Part shown: positions 27,401 to 39,952 of the stretch, piece by piece
Numbering within the stretch: position 1 is the stretch's first letter
Layout of the letters: the number at the start of each line of letters is the position of its first letter
DNA from: Hormiphora californensis
Lineage: Eukaryota; Animalia; Ctenophora
DNA: 64,000 nucleotides
Direction: 5' to 3'
Assembly: GCA_020137815.1 (NCBI GenBank)
Contig: CM035350.1
Span: 9,362,001-9,426,000 of the forward strand
Program-made: the position numbers and the translations under genes
The notes under the pieces: model-generated
Database searches by the model: none
What the model saw: the letters and a program-made list of their open reading frames with translations, nothing else
Told to the model about the DNA's origin: nothing

Positions 27401-30400
27401 CTGTATCTAAGGTACCTGGTGATTGTTTAGACTGTATCTAAGGTACCTGGTGATTGTTTAGACTGTATCTAAGGTACCTGGTGATTGTTTAGACTGTATC
27501 TAAGGTACCTGGTGATTGTTTAGACTGTATCTAAGGTACCTGGTGATTGTTTAGACTGTATCTAAGGTACCTGGTGATTGTTTAGACTGTATCTAAGGTA
27601 CCTGGTGATTGTTTAGACTGTATCTAAGGTACCTGGTGATTGTTTAGACTGTATCTAAGGTACCTGGTGATTGTTTAGACTGTATCTAAGGTACCTGGTG
27701 ATTGTTTAGACTGTATCTAAGGTACCTGGTGATTGTTTAGACTGTATCTAAGGTACCTGGTGATTGTTTAGACTGTATCTAAGGTACCTGGTGATTGTTT
27801 AGACTGTATCTAAGGTACCTGGTGATTGTTTAGACTGTATCTAAGGTACCTGGTGATTGTTTAGACTGTATCTAAGGTACCTGGTGATTGTTTAGACTGT
27901 ATCTAAGGTACCTGGTGATTGTTTAGACTGTATCTAAGGTACCTGGTGATTGTTTAGACTGTATCTAAGGTACCTGGTGATTGTTTAGACTGTATCTAAG
28001 GTACCTGGTGATTGTTTAGACTGTATCTAAGGTACCTGGTGATTGTTTAGACTGTATCTAAGGTACCTGGTGATTGTTTAGACTGTATCTAAGGTACCTG
28101 GTGATTGTTTAGACTGTATCTAAGGTACCTGGTGATTGTTTAGACTGTATCTAAGGTACCTGGTGATTGTTTAGACTGTATCTAAGGTACCTGGTGATTG
28201 TTTAGACTGTATCTAAGGTACCTGGTGATTGTTTAGACTGTATCTAAGGTACCTGGTGATTGTTTAGACTGTATCTAAGGTACCTGGTGATTGTTTAGAC
28301 TGTATCTAAGGTACCTGGTGATTGTTTAGACTGTATCTAAGGTACCTGGTGATTGTTTAGACTGTATCTAAGGTACCTGGTGATTGTTTAGACTGTATCT
28401 AAGGTACCTGGTGATTGTTTAGACTGTATCTAAGGTACCTGGTGATTGTTTAGACTGTATCTAAGGTACCTGGTGATTGTTTAGACTGTATCTAAGGTAC
28501 CTGGTGATTGTTTAGACTGTATCTAAGGTACCTGGTGATTGTTTAGACTGTATCTAAGGTACCTGGTGATTGTTTAGACTGTATCTAAGGTACCTGGTGA
28601 TTGTTTAGACTGTATCTAAGGTACCTGGTGATTGTTTAGACTGTATCTAAGGTACCTGGTGATTGTTTAGACTGTATCTAAGGTACCTGGTGATTGTTTA
28701 GACTGTATCTAAGGTACCTGGTGATTGTTTAGACTGTATCTAAGGTACCTGGTGATTGTTTAGACTGTATCTAAGGTACCTGGTGATTGTTTAGACTGTA
28801 TCTAAGGTACCTGGTGATTGTTTAGACTGTATCTAAGGTACCTGGTGATTGTTTAGACTGTATCTAAGGTACCTGGTGATTGTTTAGACTGTATCTAAGG
28901 TACCTGGTGATTGTTTAGACTGTATCTAAGGTACCTGGTGATTGTTTAGACTGTATCTAAGGTACCTGGTGATTGTTTAGACTGTATCTAAGGTACCTGG
29001 TGATTGTTTAGACTGTATCTAAGGTACCTGGTGATTGTTTAGACTGTATCTAAGGTACCTGGTGATTGTTTAGACTGTATCTAAGGTACCTGGTGATTGT
29101 TTAGACTGTATCTAAGGTACCTGGTGATTGTTTAGACTGTATCTAAGGTACCTGGTGATTAGTTTAGACTGTATCTAAGGTACCTGGTGATTGTTTAGAC
29201 TGTATCTAAGGTACCTGGTGATTGTTTAGACTGTATCTAAGGTACCTGGTGATTGTTTAGACTGTATCTAAGGTACCTGGTGATTGTTTAGACTGTATCT
29301 AAGGTACCTGGTGATTGTTTATACTGTATCTAAGGTACCTGATAATTGTTTAGACTGTATCTAAGGTACCTGGTGATTGTTTAGACTGTATCTAAGGTAC
29401 CTGGTGATTGTTTAGACTGTATCTAAGGTACCTGGTGATTGTTTAGACTGTATCTAAGGTACCTGGTGATTATTTAGACTGTATCTAAGGTACCTGGTGA
29501 TTGTTTAGACTGTATCTAAGGTACCTGGTGATTGTTTAGACTGTATCTAAGGTACCTGGTGATTGTTTAGACTGTATCTAAGGTACCTGGTGATTGTTTA
29601 TACTGTATCTAAGGTACCTGGTGATTGTTTATACTGTATCTAAGGTACCTGGTGATTGTTTAGACTGTATCTAAGGTACCTGGTGATTGTTTAGACTGTA
29701 TCTAATGTACCTGGTGATTGTTTAGACTGTATCTAAGGTACCTGGTGATTGTTTAGACTGTATCTAAGGTACCTGATAATTGTTTAGACTGTATCTAAGG
29801 TACCTGGTGATTGTTTAGACTGTATCTAATGTACCTGGTGATTGTTTAGACTGTATCTAAGGTACCTGGTGATTGTTTAGACTGTATCTAAGGTACCTGG
29901 TGATTGTTTAGACTGTATCTAAGGTACCTGGTGATTGTTTAGACTGTATCTAAGGTACCTGGTGATTGTTTAGACTGTATCTAAGGTACCTGGTGATTGT
30001 TTAGACTGTATCTAAGGTACCTGGTGATTATTTAGACTGTATCTCTTCTCCCAGTATGTATCGTATACCACCTCATACTTTCTCTGAACCTGCTCCAACA
30101 CACTCCCGTCTGCAAATTCCTCCACAAAAAACTCCCCAGATGGGTCATCGATAATACCTGAAGAAGAAAGAGATTATCAATCCATTCTAAGATACAAATG
30201 AACAATAAAGCTACAAAAAAGAGAGAAATCAATACAAGTGGATCATGATAAACAATCAAAACACACAGCTGGAGAAAATCAATAAAAGTGACCACAATGG
30301 ACATAGAAGATGTACCTTTGTAAAGCCATTTTTCCAACATCCCAAAGTATGGAACACACGCAGCCTGTGTGAGGTAGAGACACAGGTCCTGTGAGGAGGG

Positions 30401-33400
30401 CTCCCCCACGTGCGAGTAGGTCTTCTCGTGAAGGAGAGACAGTGTTGTTCCCCCTCGACAGTTACCGTTTATAACATCTCTACACACAGTCGCCAGCACC
30501 TGTCACAATGATAGGGGGTGTTTGACAAGTCACTCAAGTCTAGATCATACATAATTCTCGGAACACAGCGGCAGTAATCAATGCCGGGCAGTAAGCTGTA
30601 GGAAGTCAGTGTGCAATGGAAATCTTTAAAAGATAATCCCCGCTCAGAATCTTACGTAGAAGGTGTTGATACAAGGCTGGATAAATAGCCACATTTTCTG
30701 AAGGCTGAGCTGTCCAAATGAGTACTGCTCCTCAAGCTGCGCCACCAGAATGATATACTCCTTCACCTAGAGAAGGATGATGACAATATATTAAGATAAG
30801 ATATATACCAAGCCGGGGATACCCTCCCCGTTCTTTCAACCCCCCGTGGCCCGCTTGTATATCGGTCTCTCCACATATCTCCCCTCCCTCCCTCCCTTTT
30901 TCAACCGTACCCCCATAGCCCCCCCCCCCCCTGGTATATCTCTATCTACGCTACCACTTACCAGAGTTTTAATGGCGGCACAAAGGGCCTGGTTGACCGT
31001 CCCTGATACGTATCTAGCGCTGTGGTCCAGGAACCTACTAACAATGGAGTAGCAGGAACACAGGGGCAGTATCTTGCTGACCAATCCCGCTAACCCTGCA
31101 TCCAGGCCAGTCTGAGTGGGAGGGAGATAGTGGATTTAGTTGTACACAGGTTAGGAAGTTATTAGAATTAATGTTTTGTTAAACCGAGAAGAATTTTGGT
31201 TCTTTTTATGTTTTGTATGACGTCTGTACGCTGTGTAGGCAGAAGGGGTTTGGTCCATACGATGAGCTCTCTAATCCCATTAATGTGTTTTCAGTTGCGT
31301 AGATATCTCTCAGAGAAAGAGAGAGTTTCCGAACATGTGTTTTCAATTGCCAGAGTTTCTAGCGCGACTAATGCCCTCTGTTTCTATCTATATTGGATAT
31401 AGAGACTAGAGAGAGAGTCTGTTCAACACCTTGCTCTCTCTCCATCATTTCCGGGTCATTTCCCTTTCTTGTTGTGTTTTATGGATCTCCCATTTCCATT
31501 CTAGCTCAGATAGAACGATTAGCGTTAACGGGGCGTTAACCGGTCTGACTATTAATAGTTTTATTCCCCCTTTCGAGTTGTTCTTCTTGTGTTCAGTTTT
31601 ATTGGTCTCCAACTTTTCCTTTCTAGCCCAGATAGACCGATTAGCGTCTAACCAATATTTGTATTTCCCTGTTAGCAGTATTTCCCCTGTTAGCAGTATT
31701 TCCCCTGTTAGCAGTATTTCCCCTGTTAGCAGTTTGAAAAACATCCGCGAGTGATGGTTCCTAGATACCTTATTCTTGCCATTGTACTGACTTCAACATA
31801 TGCAACATTGCCCCCGACAGGTGAGAGTAAACATAATTTCAAACAACCTCTGCTAACCAGAATCTTGATTCATCAGATATTGTTACAACACTGTGTATTT
31901 CAGAATGGGCGGACGTGGTGAGAAATGTGCCAATTGGGCCAATGTCAGATACCATCCCGATTGAAATTGAACAGGAAAACAATGAGAGGATGTCTGTTCG
32001 ATTGTATCATGGGTATTTGGGTATAAAAGATAGCAATGAATATTCGATATATAAGTGTACTGGAAAAAATTATAACTTTGTGAAATTTCCAAATGTTGAC
32101 GACATTCCCTCGAGCTCTGGCAAGCTTTGGAGATTTACCAAAAGTGCAGAAATGCTGGATATTCGTTGCAATGGTACCGTTGTGTTGGAGTTTAGGTTCG
32201 ACGACAGTGGCCATAATCCCAATTGTACGGACCTATGGTCAGGTGACCACTCCAACAAATGGGGGGTGCGACATGTTAATTTTGTTAACTTTGTTAATAT
32301 TAACATCGAGAAAACAGGTGATTTATTAACAAAATTAACAAAAAGTTAACAAACGTTAACAAATGCCATTTATGCCATCTCAATCCCCTTTAGCACGTGT
32401 TTTTGGTATTTAACACTTGTTCTGCAAGCAAAGTTGTTCCTTCTGCACGATTTGCATACCCCTACTACCCCCACTACGGCTTTTCTACCGTTTCTACAGC
32501 GATTTGTTCCATTGTGTAAATTTTGATAAAAACTAGCCAAACTAAACCGCAATTGAAGTCAAAAGACCCTAATCCACATTTTCAAACCCTAAAAACAAAA
32601 TAAGACTTATGAATCTACCTTAACACGAAAAATATCCCAAAAATCAATTTTTCTAAAAAAACACAAGGATTTGTAGCGAAGCAAATTTTCAATCGTTGAC
32701 CAAAAAATTGATTTTGGAAATATTGTATTTCTTTTTCCAACAGAAACGTTGTAAATCATCTTCCTAAGTCCAAAGAATCGATTACCAATTTAAAAATTAC
32801 GTTAAAGTGAGATTTTATACGCTAAATTGAAATATTAGTAACTTTTGGATTTTTATCGATTTTGAGCCAAAAACCCTGTATGGCGGACTTTGGTTATCGG
32901 GGGAGGCCTTGCTTGGGTATAAATGTGTTAGAGAAGTCGTTAAACTATAAAATTAAACCAGTTAAAGTCGTATTATTAACCAATAAGAACAGTCTTTTAG
33001 CATTTGTTAATTTTGTTAATTTTGTTAATTAACGTTAATTAACAAAATCGAAAAAAAGAGGTGATTTATTAACAATTAACATGTCGCCCCCCCCCCAACA
33101 AATACATTACTTTTAACAATAACACTAAAGATTCATCGAAACGGTACCGAGGTGAGAAAAATTACAAATCCCCGTCCCCCACCCTCCCTCCCTCTGTTCT
33201 TAATTGGATATTAGTACTGCAAAATCGTTGTTTCTCGCCCCCCACCTTCCCGCCATGAACTAAACTGATACATTTTCATATATATCCATGTGTTTCAGTT
33301 GTAGCGTGTCCACCACCATCCATCTCTAACAACATGGTCCACACGGGAGGTACTACCATCTACCCAGTTGGAGGGACATTGCAGGTTGGCTATCAGCCAG

Positions 33401-34020
33401 GGTGGAGGAGTCTGAATGGGGTTCAGACGATCACCTGTACTGAGGGCAGACAGTGGTCCAAGGAGAGGCCACAGTGCTACAAAGGTACGACATTGAGATG
33501 ACTAGGTTCATGAAATTTCATTTAAACAGTCTTGAATGCAGAATCAAATAACTAAGATATAATATATTCATTCAAAATGTGTGTGCAATAAAGGCTGCCG
33601 GCTGGTAGGTATTGAGTGTTCACTGCTCCGACTACTCTCTCAACATACATGTTAGAGATTTAAAGTTTGCTCAAGGTGGTATAACCCGAATATATTGTTG
33701 TTCTGTTTGTCTGTCAGTTAAAAACAGTTTAGTTATTAATAAAGGGGTTATAATTTACCAGTGGTTTGAAGCGGCGGTGAGCGAAGGGAGTATCCAGGGG
33801 TTCAACTTGTATAAACAATCCCTCAACGCCAACCAGAAGGTAGAGGAGGTCTTCAACCATTGCATTCTCTTGCTGTGGGAGGATTAGTTTGTAGTGAGGG
33901 AGAGAAAGAGAGAGATAGAGAGAGAAGGAGAGAAAATCTTTGTCTTTGAGTTGGGCGTGTCCCGGTAACAACAAGCTCTTGTGGCCTAGTTTGGCTGGAA
34001 CCCGGGGTTGGAACACACAG

Positions 34021-34101
<81 letters not shown>

Positions 34102-36090
34102 GGGGGGGATAGTAACATGTCCGACTACATAATGGTCAGTGGTCACTCCGTCATGAGAAAGAAAAATTTAAATCCTTCTCTCCCACACACACATAAAATA
34201 AAAATGTCAGCATTTCACTCTTAGAAACAAATCAACAAACAAAATTGTTTTTTGGATCGACGACAAAATTGTTTTTGAGATCGACTAACACTTTTCTTCG
34301 CGTGCAATGTGTGGGTAAGTAAGGAAGATCGCAAACAAACAAACAAACAAACAAACAGACAAACAAACAAACAAACAAAAACAAACAAACAAACAAAAAC
34401 AAACAAACAAAAACAAAAAGACAGACAAACAAACGAACAAACAAACAAACAGACAAACAAACATACACACAAACAAACAAACAAACAAACAGACAAACAA
34501 ACAAACATTAAACAAACAAACAAACAAACAAACAAACACACACAAACAGACACACACACACACACACACACAAACAAACAAACAGACAGACAGACAAACA
34601 AACAAACAAACATTAAACAAACAAACAAACAAACAAACAAACAAACAAACAAACAAACATTAAACACACACAAACAAACAAACATTACACACACACACAC
34701 ACAAACAAACAAACAAACATTAAACACACACACACACACAATTAAACAAATAAACCTGAAGGGCCGTCATGAGATGCAGTGGTTGAGTCTGGTATGATGA
34801 TTCCTGTTCCGTGATAACAAAATCTCTGGACAGCATGGGCCGACTGACAATGGCTGGCAGTTTTCTGTTCTGATATTTCAGTTTCTGCTCCTCGCTTGCC
34901 CTCACCACTGCCAGCTGGGTTCTCACCTCCTCAACCTCTCTCTGAGAAAGTGCCCTGGGGGAATCAATGATCATGTGCTAGAGAGATCATGAGAGGGTTG
35001 GATTTGGATACGAAGGTCAAGTAGTCTTATAAAATGTAAACGACTCGTACTGGAAGGACAACTCAATGGTTAGGGAACTATGGTTACTATGGTTACCGTG
35101 GAATAGTTTCCAGTACGAGATCGGATGCTTTCAAGTCTGAAGCGGAGACACCTTCCCTTCCCAACATTTCCAGATAGTCCAGCGTTCTGGGGTCCTCGAC
35201 ACACTGCAAAATAAATGAACTTTTTAGTGTCATGATCATCGGTATTTAGACTACCTAACTTCGTAACAAGTTACCAATAGTTTACAATTCTGAGCTTACA
35301 AGTTGCTGCAATTTTTTGGCACGACAATTACCTTCCCAAGGAAGTATGCAAATGGATCCAGCTCATATAACTGTTTAGTTTTTAGAGAGGTGTAAGTTCT
35401 CCTGAACTCAGCGGGGTCACGTCCCTGTTCCTGGGCATGCTTGCACAGCTTATTCTTGGCCGTGTGGACTGACGCCTAGTGTTAGAACATGGTGTTAGAA
35501 CATGGTGTTAGAACATGTTAGAACATGTTAGAACATGTTAGGGCCCTCCTCCTGGGCATGCTTACACAGCTTATTCTTGGCCGTGTGAACTGACGCCTAG
35601 AACAGGGATGGATGGTGTTAGGGATGGTGTTAGGGATGGTGTTAGGACATGGTGTTAGAACATGTTAGAACATGTTAGAACAGGGATGGATGGTGTTAGG
35701 CTTCTAACTCAGGTAACCAATTGGGCTAGTATTGAATCCAGTAAAGTGTAATAGAATAAATACATCTACCCCTTTTAGTCGTCCAGGTCTAGTAGAACAA
35801 GTACATGTCTACACTGTTACAAGTAGTTATACTCGAGGCGGGCACGAGCTGTCAGGCCAATGCTCTGACCACAGTTCTCGCGCGCTCCGAGAATGGGTCA
35901 GGCCAATGCTCTGACAGGGCACGAGAAAGTCTACTGTCTGTATTAAAACTCCAGGGGTTACCTGGGAAACGATGAAGTTGGAGGAGGATTGTCGAAAGAG
36001 GTCCTCTGCAAAACTCTCTGGAGGGAGGTCTGATCCGAGGGCTGAGAGGAGCTGCGAGGTCAAGTGGTGAACCTTGTACTCGCTTTGCAT
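24443..36090 (-). CDS. TUBGCP2: Gamma-tubulin complex component 2; about 14 exons
   Basis: N-terminus MQSEYKVHHLTSQLL, then QENAMVEDLLYLLVGVEG, YWEKRYSL..QVPVFL..DKVLHTGKYLNVIRQCG, QGDVFVHFMD, LTGVEAFTLDYRVEWPVSLV.SRKAITKYQLLFRHLFHCKHVERQL. Approximate exons: 35962-36090, 35332-35475, 35098-35203, 34756-34977, 33759-33884, 30961-31111, 30656-30766, 30316-30499, 30021-30158, 26364-26623, 25861-26163, 25161-25727, 24745-25044, 24443-24585. Confidence 0.95.
26159..26277. repeat. 40-bp x3 minisatellite containing the TUBGCP2 acceptor and the first exon bases
   Basis: Unit tcaccctggagaggaatgggagagggtttagaaggatata. On the sense strand each copy reads ...CAG|GGTGA, as at the true acceptor (26163). 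Confidence 0.85.
26731..30044. repeat. 31-bp minisatellite, about 107 near-perfect copies, derived from a TUBGCP2 exon end plus donor
   Basis: Unit ggtacctggtgattgtttagactgtatctaa; sense strand AGATACAGTCTAAACAATCACCAG|GTACCTT. The first 24 nt match the exon end encoding RYSLNNHQ. Confidence 0.98.
31754..33501 (+). pseudogene. Nested antisense gene in a TUBGCP2 intron: secreted protein (signal peptide, ~135 aa beta-rich domain, Sushi/CCP domain) disrupted by a transposon
   Basis: Exons 31754-31820 (MVPRYLILAIVLTSTYA), 31904-33151 (interrupted at 32261-33103) and 33299-33501 (CPPP...YPVG..LQVGYQPGW...ITC..GRQWS..RPQC). Splice phases are consistent. Confidence 0.8.
32261..33094. mobile_element. 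Non-autonomous DNA transposon, ~830 bp, with 8-9 bp TSD (Mutator-like or hAT-like)
   Basis: TIR gggggg(t)gcgacatgttaatt / aattaacatgtcgcccccccc, with ccaacaaat duplicated on both sides. Removing the element restores the reading frame (HSNK|YITFNNNTKDSSKRYR). Confidence 0.9.
34331..34750. repeat. (CAAA)n/(CA)n compound microsatellite
   Basis: Visible directly. It produces the spurious FVCL and KQTN ORFs. Confidence 0.95.
35476..35700. repeat. Partial duplicate of TUBGCP2 exon 2 (acceptor plus ~55 nt) embedded in tgttagaaca/ggtgttaggga repeats
   Basis: 35542-35596 aligns to 35421-35475 with 5 substitutions. Confidence 0.85.
35849..35917. mobile_element. 69-bp micro-transposon with 8-bp TSD (copy 2, TUBGCP2 intron 1)
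   Basis: ggcacgag|ctgtcaggccaatgctctgacc...ggtcaggccaatgctctgacag|ggcacgag. Confidence 0.85.
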
Positions 36091-36405
36091 CCTAAATGTG
36101 GGGAGAGCGTTATAGATCCTAGTAACTAGAAGTATGGGGGAGATTTAGAGCAAGATTTGGGAGGTGAAACGACAAATGGTTCAGTAGGAAGGGGGACAGA
36201 GCAATCAAACGAAATGAAATTTACCATGATGGTCGCGTGAACGCAATACAAAACTCAGTACACACAATAATTTAACTTCACTCCGCTAAGAGTCCTTTCT
36301 CTTTTCCAATTCCCTTCTCTCTCCCGATACTAATTACATCACAACCTCATTATTTCTCTAGTGATGTTTGATGATGTTTGAGACATCAGTAAAGAACTCC
36401 CTCCC

Positions 36406-36513
36406 CAGGAACCGACCGGCACAAGTAAACAACCAATCAGAGCTCGTTATTTAGGTCACGTGACTGGTTATCAGCCAATCAGGGACCAGTATTTCCTGAT
36501 TCGGTCGGTTCCT
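36406..36513. mobile_element. ~108-bp MITE between two 58-bp direct repeats of the NDUFA8 3' end
   Basis: TIR aggaaccgacc / ggtcggttcct. Direct repeats at 36345-36402 and 36511-36568. Confidence 0.85.
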
Positions 36514-36523
36514 CATTATTTCT

Positions 36524-37249
36524 CTAGTGATGTTTGATGATGTTTGAGACATCAGTAAAGAACTCCCTAGCAGACTCCCCCCAAGTCTGCATCCGGGAGA
36601 ATGGCTTGTCCTGGTACCATGTGAAGTCTCGTGCTATGTTCATCTTCTCCAGCATACACTGGTCAAATTCAACCTGGGTCTCTCTACAGTACTCAAACCT
36701 GGGGGAGGGGGTTATAGGGATATTTAGTGGAGAGGAATCAAGATCCCATCAAGATCCCATCAAGATTCATCAAATTTGATTGTTGATAAAATCCTCCCAA
36801 AATCCTATATCCCGATTGTTACAAATTAATTACTTTCTTCCAGAGAGATCGATACAAGTGGCATGCCGAGCGAGGGGCATCTTGCACTTCTCGTAAACCT
36901 GGTCCATGAACAGTTTAGTACAGTTGGTAACAACCTGACCCTCTCTGAGGCACTGTCTGGGGTCTCCACCGCTGTCAGTCCGGCACAACATGAACCTATC
37001 ATTGGCATCCTTACAGGCCTGCAAATATACAGATTATTGGCATGGGTGGAAATGTTCATGGGGAAGATTTGAAGGGCCACCGTGATATTTGAGAAGGGAT
37101 TTGTGGTTATTAAAAAAACGGAAAGGGAGGTTGTATAGGTGGGGGCTAACCTGTCCTAGGTGGTCGGCTGCCGCCATTATGGGTACAGTTGTTACATTAT
37201 AATCCTTGTAGTTGTCTAGTTCCTCCCAAGGAATCTTCTCGCACGACAT
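36524..37249 (-). CDS. NDUFA8: NADH dehydrogenase 1 alpha subcomplex subunit 8 (CX9C protein); 3 exons
   Basis: NVTTVPIMAAADHLGQ|ACKDANDRFMLC...DPRQCLREGQVVTNC...CKMPLARHATC...|FEYCRETQVEFDQC contains four CX9C motifs. Confidence 0.92.
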
Positions 37250-37584
37250 CGCTAGTTGGACGAGTGGTTGGGTTAAAGTGGTTGGACGAGTGGTTGGGTT
37301 AAAGTGGTTACTAGGGTGGTTGGGTTAAAGTGGTTACTAGGGTGGTTACTAGGGTGGTTGGTTACCGGAGAGTGGTTGGGATGTTACACCAGGGAGATTA
37401 TAACAAGTTAATTTGGTTGCTATGGCAACTGCAATTGGTATAAACAAAAAGTAAGCGTTTAAAAGGTATCAATGCACTAAACACAAAATATCACACACAG
37501 TACACTTGAAATGGTAATGTAATTAACCCTTACAAAATCTATCCCGTATCTGATGATCCTTAGAATAATCTAACTTCTAACGTC

Positions 37585-39343
<1,759 letters not shown>

Positions 39344-39594
39344 GCTAGGATATACGATGAGAGGTGGTTACAGTTGTTAAACGGAGGGGGACTGCAGAGA
39401 AAGGAGAAAGAGAGAGAGCTGGAAAATTGGTAAACAATTAACGGGATTTAAAGAAATGCAAAAAGTAAGAAAAACGGAAAGAGACTCTATTAGAAGAAGA
39501 ATAAACGAGTCAGGTTTTTCGGTAAAAGACGTTGTGGGTATTGTAGCGGGGACCTAAAATTATATATAACTTGTAATTATATATATAATATATA

Positions 39595-39629
<35 letters not shown>

Positions 39630-39952
39630 ATTATATAAGTTTAGGTGTTGTCACCCGATAAATCCCGTGTTTATAACCTTACAAAATAATACAAATAAGA
39701 AGCGCCATGTTTTAGAGATCATGGCCCACCACCAAACAACCACACTCACACACACTTAGAGGTACACTCACAGAGAGAGAAACGGACAATCACACACACA
39801 GACAATCACACTCACTCACACACAGACAAACACACACACAGACGCTCTCTCAGACTTGGTAAGAGACACACGTGTATCCTATGCACTAGAAAGATGTATC
39901 TAAGACTAGGTAGTTCTCAGTTTTTTGTTTCCCTAGACTCCCATTTTCTTTC

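Noticed and set aside
26731-30044. CRISPR array (31-bp partly palindromic repeats)
   Set aside because: Units are contiguous with no spacers, there are no cas genes, the context is eukaryotic and intronic, and the unit derives from the host exon.
32261-33094. Transposon acting as a precisely spliced intron (introner) in the nested gene
   Set aside because: The nearest GT (32266) and AG (33060) pair leaves an in-frame TAA, and no AG lies at the element end.
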